From: Cenococcum geophilum
Lineage: Eukaryota
Direction: 5' to 3'
Length of the DNA: 64,000 bases
Assembly: GCA_050273025.1 (NCBI GenBank)
Contig: CP158635.1
Location: 18,972,001 to 19,036,000 of the forward strand
Positions 23,847-36,800 of this stretch are shown piece by piece. A model generated the notes under the pieces. The model was not told where the DNA came from and searched no databases. It saw only the letters and a program-made list of their open reading frames with translations. Every line of letters starts with the position of its first letter. Within the stretch, counting starts at the first letter, position 1. The translations under genes were made by a program, and so were the position numbers.

Positions 23847-26635
23847 TGTAGGTATTACCTGGGGGTACTGCAATTGCAATATAAGGTAACTGTTTCTTAA
23901 TTCATTCGTGTTCTATCTTCGTCTACTAAAAGAGAAAGAAAGGGGTAGTAAAGGTCGGGCTATCTATCGGGCCGTAGGTGGTCAGGTGACCTACGCTACG
24001 CATACAGCCCCTGCCGCATACGCTCTACGCGTAATACGATTTATAACCTCTACTTATACAGACACTGGCGACATTTACAAAAAGGAAAGAAGGTAAGAAA
24101 GTATAAAGGAGAAGTATATAGGTCAACAGGTGCTCAGGGCAGTAATCGCGAATGTTTCGGGTATTGCGAATATTACGGATATTACAGACGTTGCGGATAT
24201 CGTTACGGATATTGCGGATATCGCTACGGATATTGCGGATATCGTAAACATTCGGATATTGCGGTAGAGACAGGTAGGCGCATATAAGGTGTTACTAAGG
24301 TGTCCCATAACAGAGCGTAGTTAAAGTCAGAACCAAAGGTATGGCGGCTTTGGAAGGTATAAGAGTTATAGAGCTATTATAGACTATAGGGTAAAATATA
24401 TGGAAGGGCTGAGTCCTATCCGTCGTCGTTGAAATAACAGTCAAGGAAGTCGATGTCAACAGTAAGGTTCTCTATATTAACGTCGTTATCGTCGTCACAG
24501 AAGTAGGTGGCGTTTTTGCCCTTATTATTGCGTCTTACTGTACCAGGTTCCGTACCACCAGGTTCTATACTACTAGGTTCTATACCACCAGGTTCCATAC
24601 TACCAGTAAGGCCGTAAACAAAGGCATTATTGTTTATAAACGTGACTATATTCTTAGCGGTTTTAATTAGTATTGGCCCATTTAAAGTCATAAAGTGCTC
24701 AACACCAGAGTCGTTATAGAAGAAATTGCCGCTAGTAGTAGTTGGAACTATGTCCTTATCAAAGTCGTTGTTAATATCGTTATCCGCAAAGTACTAGTGG
24801 ACACGTCTCTTAAAACCTTCTCTTGCTTTATTATATTCTTCTTTAGTATGCCTAGTTAACTAATAGTCTCCTTTCTTACATACGAAGTACGTCCTAGCGT
24901 TATTGCCGTAACGATTATTTAATAAGCTTGGTCGAGGCATCGGCCGGTAGTAGCGACGGTCAGTAAAAAATACGTCCGTAGGCTATTCTATAGGCTATAA
25001 GAATACATTAGCAGGTTGTCCTATAGTACCATTAATCTTCTTATAAGTGACGATTAATGATCGTAGGCTATTTATAAGGCCAGTAAGTATAGCAGGTGGG
25101 TTCAAGCAAGCTGCCTAGCAAGCAGCGACGTCTTAACAAGCGACGATAAGCTTATTATGTAGGAAATCGTCATTGCGGAGGTTAGCGTTAAGACCATACT
25201 ATAAATAACAGAGGTCGTTAAGCAGTAGCTGTAGACAGTCCCCTATAGACTTGCTTTTATTTTTCATTATTACTGTCTTAAGAGTAATAGCATTCCACTT
25301 TATTAGAATTCCACGCTTATATTCCGGTCCTTTAAAATAATTACGTACGGCATTACAGATGCTATTAAAGGTGGTATAGGTTACCTTGTTCTTATAGTAG
25401 AAGTTAAGAGCAATACCACGTAGTATTATTGGAAAGCCTTTAGTCTTTACCTCTTGTGGTATACCAACTCTATCACAAAGGTCGTTAAAAATCGTAAGCT
25501 TACGGTCGAAGTTGTTATCCTCTCCACTATATTTACTTTCCTCCGTGTATATCTTTACTAGGGTTGCTAAGTCTCTACCGTAGTTAACGGCGGCTGTGAC
25601 TTTTGTAGAAGGAGCTGTGACGTTCATAGGTAAGGGAGGCTCGGTCGTAGGGAGGTCATTTAAGACAGCTGGGGTTGGGGTAGGTGACGTTAAGGGGGTT
25701 AATAAACGTAATTTAAGACGGCGGTTGATAACATACGAATTAAAGGGTCCTTTACTATTGATGTATAGCTTAATTTCTTTATCTGACCATTCCGTAGGGT
25801 TGTCCTTATGGGCGACGTCGTACAGTGCTTGTGGTACTAACTTACTCTTCTTATTAAAGACCCATACTCCATTACGTCGGAGTAGTTGTTTAAGTTCCTT
25901 AATTACAGACCTATAAGCGTCCTTAAATGTCTATACCTCGAAATTATTAAAGTCCTCTTAGTATAATTCCCATAAGCTTTTATCCTTAAAGTTGCGCTTA
26001 GTATACTTATTAATTTTAAAGTCAATATAGTTGGTGATATCTTTTGCGGTAGTCTCATTGGTTAGGGTAATCCCGTTACCCCAGTCCGGACGTTAGATTC
26101 CTGTATTAGATATAATTAACTAGTATAGATCGTGGTGTAAGTAGGGGGTGCTACTGACACTGCTAGGTTGTGGGATGCTGCCGAAGCTGCTAGGGGTACT
26201 AGCACTCAGTAAGGAGGTTGTACTGGGTATTGATTTACATAATAGACGCGAACCAGACGAAGCCTTAGTAGGAGCCAGTTCTTTAAGTTCCCAGGGCCTT
26301 GGTAGGAAGGGTTCTTCTTAGCAAACGCGACGAGATCGACGGGCCTTGGTAGGAGCGATCGCGTGTTGTCTCTCTTCGTAATAACACCGGATTCTAATCT
26401 GTGATATTACTAATCAGTGTGGGTATCACCCAGGGGTACTGCAATTATAATATAAGGTAACTGTTTCTTAATTCATTCGTGTTCTGTCTTCGTCTACTAA
26501 AAGAGAAAGAAAGGGGTAGTAAAGGTCGGGCTATCTATCGGGCCGTAGGTGGTCAGGTGACCTACGCTACGCATACAGCCCCTGCCGCATACGCTCTACG
26601 CGTAATACGATTTACAACCTCTACTTGTACAGACA
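23847..26635 (-). mobile_element. Non-autonomous gag-only Copia (GalEa-like) LTR element, 2.8 kb
   Basis: 218-bp LTRs at 23847-24064 and 26418-26635. TSD GTCTT. CTGATTAGT after the 5' LTR. Gag-like ORF fragment 25199-25627 (KYSGEDNNFD..YFKGPEYKR) is homologous to the gag near 13800-14060. No pol is recognisable. Confidence 0.9.
24140..24265. repeat. Degenerate 9-bp tandem repeat (GATATTGCG/GATATCGYT) in the 3' internal region of the gag-only element
   Basis: Repeated gcggatatt/acggatatt/gcggatatc units are directly visible. Confidence 0.8.
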
Positions 26636-28552
26636 GTCTTAAATCTTACTTATCTCGTCTTAAGAGTCTTATACCTTTAGGAAACTTCGTCCTAAGCTTA
26701 TTTATATATTACTAAACTAAGCTATTACTCTGCTCTATTAGTTATTATCCATTATAGGTCCTTAAGCCTATCTTATCCCTTCTTAAGAATCTTAAGCGTC
26801 TTATATCCCTTCTTAAGAATCTTAAGCGTCTTATATCTCTTCTTAAAAATCTTAAGCCTTTAGCCTTTTGCCTTTATTAAGTGCTAAAGTAGTTTACTAT
26901 CCTACTTCTCTTATATCTCGTAAAGTAATAGACATTATATCTAGTAGGGTCTTAACCCCTACTAATATTCTCTATTCTATAGTGGAATTATCTTTTACCT
27001 CTTTTATAATATCTCTAAGGTCTATATACTCCTAGTAAGCTACTTTTATTACCTTATTATTATAGAATGTTTTGCCTATATTAAATTTATTGTCCTTAAT
27101 ATCCGATCTACAAACTAGTTTATTAGTTCCTCTAAACTTTAATAATTTTAGCTCCTATAGCTAATAGCTTATACTATACTTAGCGTCCTTATAAATTTAG
27201 TATATATTATTATAATAAAACGTAAAACTCTAGATTAAATATTCTTTTATTCCTTATAGTATACTATTATCCCTCTATATATATATATCTTCTACTAGTC
27301 TTATTCCTTTTACTATATAGTAACTCTACCTACTTCTATAGTCTTTAATATAATAACTTTATTTTCTACAATTTATATAAGCTCCTTCTTTAAACTATTT
27401 TTTTTATTATAGAGTCCGCCTAAATATCTTCTACTACTAAGATCCCTAGTTCGGCCTCTACTCCTTAGACCTTTAATTACTTAATCCTTATCCTCTAGGT
27501 TTCTATAGTTATTTATTTTATTTCTAGGTTTCTTTAATACTACTTAGGTCTATTAGCTCTGCGCTATACTATAGTTTTTAATTTTAACTTTACTAATATA
27601 TACCTTGCGCCTTATATAATTATAAAACTCTATTTTAACCCTTTTTAATCTACTCTCTTTAGTAGATCCTATTATTAATCTTAATTACTTAATTAATTAA
27701 ATTCCTAAGAGTATCCGTATCTTCTATTAGGATAATTACATCCTAGACTTTTACTTTAAGTCCTTACTTATACTATACTATAAGCGCTTTATTATTCCAT
27801 TTAACCTATATTACTAATATTTAGAACTATATTATATACTTAATTACTAAAGTTCTCTATACTAGGTTTTAAAGTTTTTATTCCGCTATAGTAGTTACCT
27901 TTAAGTCTCTAAATATCTGCATTAAGTATTCTATAAACCCACTCTAACTTAAGAATATATATTATACCTCCTAGTTAGTAATTATTATACTATACTCTTA
28001 TACCTCTATAAGGTAAGGCTTAAACTACTTAAGTACTTTCCCTGTTAAGAATAATCCTATATAAGTAACTTAATCTATAGGCGTTCCTAGTTTAACTCCC
28101 TCCTATATAACCTTAAAGTATATTAATATAAGGAATCCCTTAAGTTTTAACTTCTCCCCTAAGAATCGCTTAATTAAGGGTAACTTAACCTTAGCTGCTC
28201 CGATTCTATTAATCTTTTCTTTAAATATCCTATTATTATCTATTAATTAATTAACCATTTCCTATAGCTGTCTAACGGTAACTAGCTAAGAGTTAGTATT
28301 TATTATACTAGTGTTATTACCTAATCCTAATATAGTTACTGCCATTAACGCTATTATAGCTACTACTTTTAGTAGTATATTATTTAACTTTATTAATACT
28401 ATAACCTTAGTAGTAAATATATAATAAAGCCTTATAGTAGAAACTACGGTAAACTTATTAATAGGCTAGATATATAGGTAAATAAGAAGTTAATAACGTA
28501 ATAATAACTAGTAGAGTAGTTGCCTAATAGATTAACTCTAATTATATTCTAA

Positions 28553-28638
28553 GCCCGCGAAGCCCTACTGCACGCGTCCACGTCGCCGCGGGTGGAAACA
28601 TCATCTGGAATCCTATTCCTATTGATGGCCAAGTGCAG
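28553..28638 (+). ncRNA. Canonical HDV-like self-cleaving ribozyme at the LINE 5' end
   Basis: P1 GCCCGCG(28553-59)/CGCGGGU(28587-93), P2 CUGCAC(28568-73)/GUGCAG(28633-38), P3 GCG/CGC, L3 UCCACGU, P1.1 CC/GG(28594-95), P4 CAUCA..GGAAU/AUUCC..UGAUG, J4/2 GCCAA (putative catalytic C at 28629). Confidence 0.93.
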
Positions 28639-31600
28639 AGGCGATGGTAGAGAGCCGTCACAGCGCGTGCAGCGCTGTCGTTCGACTCTATAGTAATGGG
28701 CCCGCGACGCGTACAAAGCATCGCCCTCAACAACACCAGGAGCCTTACTGCCTCCGCTTAGAGCTCTTGTTCTACCATCTAGGGAGGCCTAGCAAGGGAA
28801 ACTAGGATACGAAAACCGCCCGATATACGACTACCTGGCTTATAGCCAGGCCCGAAACTGGCCTTATCCAGCCAGTCAACGTAGACGCGTCCTAGGCGTA
28901 TAACAGGACACCCTTAGGCTTGCACTAGCTCTAAGATCGCGAAGTATACGCGATAAGGGCGTAGGGATCCTCCTTTTATAAGAACTTGTTAAGGTTAACG
29001 CGTTACAGATACTTCGTACGAAACTTGTTAAGGCCCCAAGGCCACCGCGAAGAACTTGTTAAGGCCCTACCTAGAGAACTTATTAAGGCCCTTCTATAAG
29101 GGCCTATCTGGTATCTAGTACACTCAGGTGACTTAGAAGAGGGTCTTAATAGGCGTGGTGCGCGCGACCTAGTACAGCAACAGCGACGCGACGGCAACGC
29201 GACGGCGACGCGACGGCGACCAGACGGCTCAACGAGGTGGAAACACGGGCAAAGCTCTAGGCAGCGGAAACACAGGCCAGCTTCAACGGCCCCATGGCGT
29301 TCGACTCACAGTCGACTCACAGGCGACTTACTGGAGGGTCTTAATAGGCGTAGTGCACGCAACCTAATGCGCATATGCATAAGGCGACTCATAGGAGGGT
29401 CTTAATAGGCGTGGTGCTCGCAACCTGATGCATATATATAGGGGAGGCTATAGGGGAAACACAGGCCAGTCGGACGAGGACTTGACAGTTAGAGACATAG
29501 GCCAGCTTATAAAAGGGGGGGACACAAGCTTAGTTAGTAGGAGAGGGGAGAGCAGGTCGTCTGGTATGGGACCTAATATCTCTACAGCCCCTCTCCTATA
29601 AGACACGGTCGGCCTATTATAAGGAGACTTATAGGTAACGCGAAATAGGAACTGGCAGCAGTATAGGGTATTGCGCCCCTATATTACTACTAGCCTCCCA
29701 TAGGGCATAGTGCGTAATAGCTACTACTAGCTCTAAGGACCTTACCCCTTAGCTGGGCCCTAACCCTTAGTATACCTAGTAGGCAGATAGGATTACGTCC
29801 TAGCTGGAGAAACTACTACGTGGCTTAAGAGAACGGATATGCGTATTAGTATACCAATAAACAGAACCGTTCGCCCCTAGGGCGGTACGCCGGTAAGGTA
29901 TACTTAAGGAGTAAACAAGAGTTACTTAGGTAGGGGAGGCTTTTAGTCTAGGCCTTAACTATAGAAGGTACCCAAGGCTTCCATATTGCAGGATGCAGCC
30001 ACGACGCCCTCGTAGGATTACGCTAGTAGGCACGTAAGAAGGGAGTTGCGACCCCTAAAAGCGGCAGCTTATGCCTATACCGGCGGAAATAATAAAGAAA
30101 GGCGTAAAACTAGAGGCTATAGAAGGCTCCTAAGCCGTGCGAAAGTATACTAACTTTAGGAGGAGATTCTTATATAGACCGCTAGGGGGTGGTCTAGTAC
30201 TTAGGATAACCCCATTATAAAATACCTAAAAGAATAGTAAAAACCCCTATTAATTAGTAGTGGCAGCCAACTGCTTATAGAAAGCCCCCTAGGCCTTTAG
30301 GCCTAGGTAACTAGGATAAATACTAGAAAACTAGGGCAGAGGTCTGGATAAGTAGGCATATTAAACTCTACTATATAACTACCTACTAAATATATAGGGG
30401 ACTAGTACAAATTATTAATATATATAACCCTAGGGTCGAAGGGGTCCCATAAATAGAGAATATTATATTAGTAATAAGCTTACTAAAAACCGAAGGTATA
30501 GAGTCTATCCTATTAGAAGATATAAACCTCTACTACCCGCGGTGGGGGGGTATTCATATTGCTGTAGATTAACAGTTAGAGTGCCTACTAAGAGCTATAG
30601 ATATCTGGGGCCTTAAGCTAGCCACCCCCCTAGGAGTAATTATATGGTAACGAGGCACCGCCAGAAGTATAATTAACCTTATATTTATAAACGAAGGCCT
30701 ATATTAAAGACTTAAAAGGTATAACCCTAAAGAAGAATAGGCACTTACCCTAGACTATATCCCTATTTAGATACAGCTAGACCTAGATACTAAAGCGTAA
30801 CTAAATAGAAAAAGATACGCAATAAGAAAGCTTAAGATAAATAGTTTCCTTAATACAGTTAAATAACAACTCTAAAACCTAGAAGAAATCTACCTAATAC
30901 TAAACAAGCGAGGCTTATTAGCCACCCCTAAGGAAATCAACCGAAGACTAGAAAGGATCTAGGCAGCGATTAAAAATAGGCTAGAAGAGTACCGCCCGAT
31001 CTTAAAACTGGGCCCCTACGCGCGACACGCATGGTCTATATAATACGTAGTTTTAGTTACCAGCTAATGACGAGTAAGAAGAAAATATATAAGCAGCCAT
31101 AACCCTAAAGACGAGAGATGATATAAAGACATAAGAAACTAGCTAAAGAATACCCTAAAAAAAGAAGTAAGGAATAACTGGAGACGGTTTATAAACGAGC
31201 ATACTTCTAACCCGAGCCTCCCCTATAATAAGGGCCTTTAGGCTATAGCGAAATGGGTAAAGAAAAAGGTAGGGCGCCTAGTAGAAGACCTATACTTACC
31301 ACCCCTATAAAGAGTAGGAGAATTATAGGCTATAAATAACAATAATAAGAAGGCAAAGATCCTTATAGAAAAGTTCTTTCCCTAACCGGCTTTAGTAGAC
31401 CTTAGTAATATTACGGGTGAAACACTAGTAACTCGCCTATAGGTCGACAGCGATATAATAATAGAGGAAATGGCTAGAACCATTAGCCGCCTTTTAAATA
31501 ATATAGTACTAGAACTAGATAGGATTCTAAATAAGGCCCTAAAAACCTGTGGGCCACTTATAGCATCTTAGCTTATAGATATAGCTAGAGTATGCTTTGC

Positions 31601-33813
31601 TATAGGCTACTACCCGCAACTTAGAAGATCTATAACAACGGTTATCCTATAAAAAGAAGGTAAAGTAGATTACTTAATCCTAGGAAGCTACCGCCCTATT
31701 GCCTTAGAAAACACCCTTAGTAAGATCTTAGAAAGGGTAATAGCAGAATGCATAGTAGATACGGCAGAGGAATATACCCTACTACTATAAAGCTAAATAG
31801 GGGCAAGAAAGAACCGCTTAATATTATTAGCACTTACGCTACTCGCTACCACCATTAAATCTATATGGGCGATACGAAAGGACTTTATAGTATTAATACT
31901 TAGCCTAGATATTAGTGGTGCCTATAATAATATACCCCACAAGCGTCTCCTATATATCCTTAGGGTAAAGGGCTTTCTAGAATGGATTATATAATTTATC
32001 TAAGGGTTTATAGGCTAGAAAGAAATATTACTGGTTTTTAGCGGATACTAGAGCCCCCCTATTGCAGTTACAACAGGAATACTATAAGGATTACCCCTCT
32101 TACCTATACTCTTCCTTTTCTTTATAAGTAACCTACTTAACTCCTTTAAGGAAGGGGCGACCTAGGGGATAGGCTTTGTTAATAATATAAACCTAATTAT
32201 ATACGGGCTAACAGCCATAGAGAATTGTAGAATACTAGAGAAAGCCTATAATACTTATATAGAATAGGTAAGACGTTATAGAGTCCAATTCTTACTAGAG
32301 AAATACTAGCTAATCTATTTTATAAGAAAACGTAACTAATCTATAGATTTTTAGTATATAATTCGTATCTAAGGCTTTAGGGGTTAACTAGTTTAGGGCC
32401 TAAGGGTACTAGGAGTATAGGTAGATAGTAAGCTCTAGTGGAGCGTATATACGGCGTAAGCGGCCTATAAAGGCCAAGCATAGTTTATTGCTTTATTTAG
32501 GATTGTTAATTTTATATAAGGTTTATGCTTTTAGAGGTTACGCCTACTATATACAGTAGTTGTCTAGCTAACCATAATATATAGATCCAGTATTTGGGCC
32601 ATTAGAGAAACTAAGAAGGGCCCCCTAAAATTACTCCTTAAATTACTTTAAAAGGTCTAAACAGCCTACCTCTAAAGTATTATAGGCGGATATAAGCAAA
32701 CGGCTACAGCACTGCTTAAGAAGGAATCCAATATTCCCCCCCTATAGTTATATATTAAAGCCGCTGTAATATAAAGGATATAAAATAAATGTAACTCTAA
32801 TATTATAAAGTATATTAAGATACGCTTAAGTAAACTATAGAGGGACCTTAGGGTGCCCTATAGGAGAACAAACCAATAACCCTAAAGTAGGGAAGAGATA
32901 TTAAAGAAATAGGTAAAGAAAGCAGAAGAAGAATGGTGTCGCTTTAGGGCCTAGGCCTATATAGAGGAGGAAGGGAAACGCGTAAGAGGTTAGCAAAGAT
33001 AACAGTAAGATAGAGAAAGGAGCTAAAGTAGAACACGTAAGAATGCTGGGAAACTATCTACCGTAATGCAATACTAGTTGGACTAACGCTAGAGAGGCGA
33101 ATGGAAGTTAAAGGTATAAAGGCTAACTTAGGTAAGACGAACCTAAGCTATAGTATGGTTAACGCTATGGGGGGTAAATACCTAAGGGCTCCGAGAAGGC
33201 CTAATAAAGGTAGAAAATATAATAGTAATACTCTTAAGAACAGGAATAATAGGACTAAAAGATTGGCTTTACTAGGTAGGTGTCCTAGTAGGTAGCCTGA
33301 GATATAAATGTAGCTAGCTAAGATAGACACTAAAACACGTAATATTGCTATGCCCCCTATACACTAATTATAAAATAATGCTCTTAGTAGCTGGCATAGA
33401 GAACTATAATATACTGCTCTTAATATAAAAAGGCCTTAAGGCGGTTACCTAGTGGCTTATTAGTTAAAATATGCTAAATTAGTTCTAGGTTGTAAGGGAA
33501 ATGGTAATAAAAGGTAAGGGGGCGAGCAGCAGGTGCCCCCTAGTAACTCTATAGTAGTAGAGTAAAAGTTTATAATACTAGCGCGTCCGTAGGCTTGTTA
33601 CGGCAGCAGTGGTTCCTAAGGAGGTTAAATAGTAAGGTAGTAGAGCACCATAGGCAACTTATAGACGCTAAGTAGGCGAGTCCCAAAAGGCGGGGAGATG
33701 GATTACGGGGTTTTCTCATTTTTCTTAAATAGAGTTTTCTCCCTATATGTAAATAAGGAGTAGTCCGTGTAGGCCTAATAGGGATCTAAATCGGACGTTA
33801 AGCAATGAATTAT
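28553..33813 (+). mobile_element. 5'-complete Tad1-like LINE (RIP-degenerate) inserted in the Gypsy 5' LTR
   Basis: TSD TAATTATATT(C/T)TAA at 28539-28552 and 33814-33827. Decayed APE endonuclease (~30400-30780) and RT motifs (YRPIALENTL ~31690, LDISGAY ~31905, QGSPLSPILF ~32085, GFVDD ~32172). Confidence 0.92.
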
Positions 33814-36800
33814 TAATTATATTTTAAGATTTACTATAAAAAAGAGAAACTATTTATAGAGACCGTGTGTCCTTAAATATATAACTCCTCCCTATAGTAA
33901 AGGGTTTAGTATATTAGTACATTAGTATATTAATACGTCGCGTTCCTATATTCTTACATTCCTACGTTTTAAACTTATAACGTAACTAGCTATATAACTT
34001 AGCTACCCCTTATCCTATAGCTTAATCAGTTCTAGCGCCTCCTGTACTATCTTAACTAACCCACTTATATCCATTCTTAGTAGTCGCACTACTGCTAATA
34101 TAAGGTCCGTAACAAATAGAGGCAGTAGCGTTAATAGTATTAGTAGGGCTGCCCTCTATAGGCGTATCGTCATCGGCTATTAAAAGCAGTAAGTAGATAT
34201 TATAAATTAGTTAATATATTAATAAGTCTCTAACTATTTATTCTATATAGGCCTTTTTAATATCCTACGCGGATTATATAACTATTATCCTTACCGCCCT
34301 TTCTATTTGGTAATAGCTTTTTTTTAGTAAATCGCCTACCAAACAAATGCCTCCTACTAGGTGGGAACACCTCCTGCTTTAGTATTTAGAAGAGGCGCTT
34401 ATACCTTATAGATTACGCCTAAGTAGGCCGTAAAATATTAACCTAGTTACGCCTACCTAGTAGAGCCGACCTAGCTAAAAAAAGGTATTAAATATAGCCT
34501 TATACAGAGCATTAAGAACCTTATAGAAGGCGCTAATAGGGGCTAGTTATAGCGTCTTATTACCTACTAACAGGCTTACTGTAGACGTCGAGTGCTGAAA
34601 CTCCTACGCTACGAACCTTCTAGTTAGCCCACCCCTGTATCTAGCCATAAATATTATTAGCTTCTGCTCCGCTAATATACCTTCCTACGTATATAATTTG
34701 TAGTCGTTTATAAGCCAATTAAGGAGCAATTTGAACATTCGTTAATTAAGGCGTGTTAACGTTTTAAGCGCCTGCGGAGGACCGTATAATAGCTCTATCG
34801 TTCTTGCCTTACCGCGAAGAGGATTAACAAGTTGCTAGCGCCTGCCATTTAATGCTAGAAGGTTCTTTACATACTTAATAAGTACATAAAGCAGCAATAT
34901 CATCGCTAGAACGCCTATTAATACTATAGCTAATATATAAGGCTTTATTGACCTAAGGTACAAGTAGTCTATATTTTTAGGTCCTGGATTTCAAACCTCC
35001 GCCAAGCCAGCTTCTGATTGGTTAGAAAGCCAGCTTCTCATTAGTTAGAGAAAAAGTTACGCGCGGTAAGTTGTGGTAGAATCCACGTAACGAATATTAA
35101 AATATTATAAACATCAAAATATCGCCTTCCTTTTTGTTGACACCTCTATTAATACTACTATATATATTATAAATATGGTAGATCCTACTATAATTGAGCA
35201 GCAAGTGCCATATCTATAAGCCCCGCCTTAACTTTATTAAAGACGGCCCTTTAAAAAAGATTTTAAAGCTATGCCAGTTATATCGGTCAAAGGCGCGTCT
35301 TCCCTATATATTACTTCTACTTCTACTTACTTTTCTAGGCCTCTAAGTATAGTTTAAGTAAGCGAAGAGCTCTTATAGAGTTAGGTTCTACTACTAAGAA
35401 TCGTCCTGTAAGGCGCCAGCGAACTACTCTACCTAAAAATAATACCGAGAACGCCTTCCTGCCTTACGGCCAGAACAGTTAAGATACCCCTAAAATAGCT
35501 TAATAACGGAAGACAATTAGGGTAATATAACGGGAGCACCGCATTTTTAATTAGTGGGGTAAAGCTTACTTGCCTACTCCTCCGCTATATACCACAGATA
35601 AAGCTCCGTATAATAGAAGAGGCACTCTAAATAGCCTAAATACGTCCTTGCTAGAACTAGCTCCTATACCTACTCTACTACTAATACCTACCCTACCTCT
35701 AATACCTACCCTACTACTAATACCACCTTTCTTACGGCAAGCTCCCTTATAGTAAGCTCCCTCACAGTAAGCTCTGACTACGGCTACACTACTATCTGTT
35801 TCGGCTGTTAATTGGGAGCAAATTAAGAAGTTTAGGAGTATACTATAGGCTAAATATATAGAGACGTGTAGTCGTTATAAGGAGCGGTAGTTTTAAATAG
35901 GTATAGCTACGGAGGGTAATAATATGGGTGTATATAAAGCCTATATTAAGGACGCCAATAGCCTTAAATATTTAACCCTTTTTTCCCTATTTAGTAAAAG
36001 TAATGGGCTTAATCTAGGGCCTGTTCCTAGCTTCTTACCTATACTTACCACGGTAGAGGAGCTTCTAATTGCGCGCGTATACGTTTATCTACAAGTTATG
36101 CGTATATATAGCTAATAACATCGCTATACTGGCTATATCTACTACTTTGGCCAGAATACACTAAAGACTTAGAGATAGCTACTACGGCTACCTACTAAAC
36201 TTAATATACTGGTTGTAAGGCCTATAGTAGTAAAGGGTAGCAAATACCTAAGTTGGCGGTTTACTAAGCGGTATACTGTAAGGCGCTCTACTATAGTATA
36301 GTAGCTTTACTTTTTAAAGGTTAATTATCCTAATTATTGCGACGTTAAAATATATAGCACCCGGCTTACTAGCTTACCCAAAAATGGCTCTATATTAGAT
36401 TAACTACCTTATATTAACGAGTTAGAGTCTAATTCTAGTGGCCCGACGGCTTACCCTACTGCTTTTATATAACGTCCTCCTACTATTAATCCTTTGCCTA
36501 CTAAGCTTGGTAGTAATATACTAGACGGCGAATTTAATAATAATATACTAGATACTTTGGTTCCTAATCTAGTACCTAACCTTAGTAAATTAGAGCTTTT
36601 AGGTCGCGAGGTTTAACACTAATAAGACCTATAAGCGGGCTTAGAGGTTCCTACTGTATAATAGACACCTCTCTCTAAGTAATTAGCTAGTTTTATTATG
36701 CGCGGCGCCTTTCCTACCCTGTTTCCTTATGGCAAAGCCAATTTTAATATGCTGCGAAGCCGTACGGTTACCCTAGCTACGTACGCTAAGCATATGCTTA

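Larger units (their letters stand above)
10207..34114 (-). mobile_element. Ty3/Gypsy chromovirus, copy 2, with both LTRs and five nested insertions
   Basis: 3' LTR at 10207-10626 with a polypurine tract on the minus strand at 10627-10640 (GAGGAGGGGGATAG). 5' LTR at 28420-34114, split by a LINE. Decayed gag/pol lies between. Flanking 5-mers do not match. Confidence 0.85.

Noticed and set aside
28400..28420. Tf1-type self-priming site next to the Gypsy 5' LTR
   Set aside because: Only a short AT-rich complementarity in heavily RIP-altered sequence; cannot be supported.
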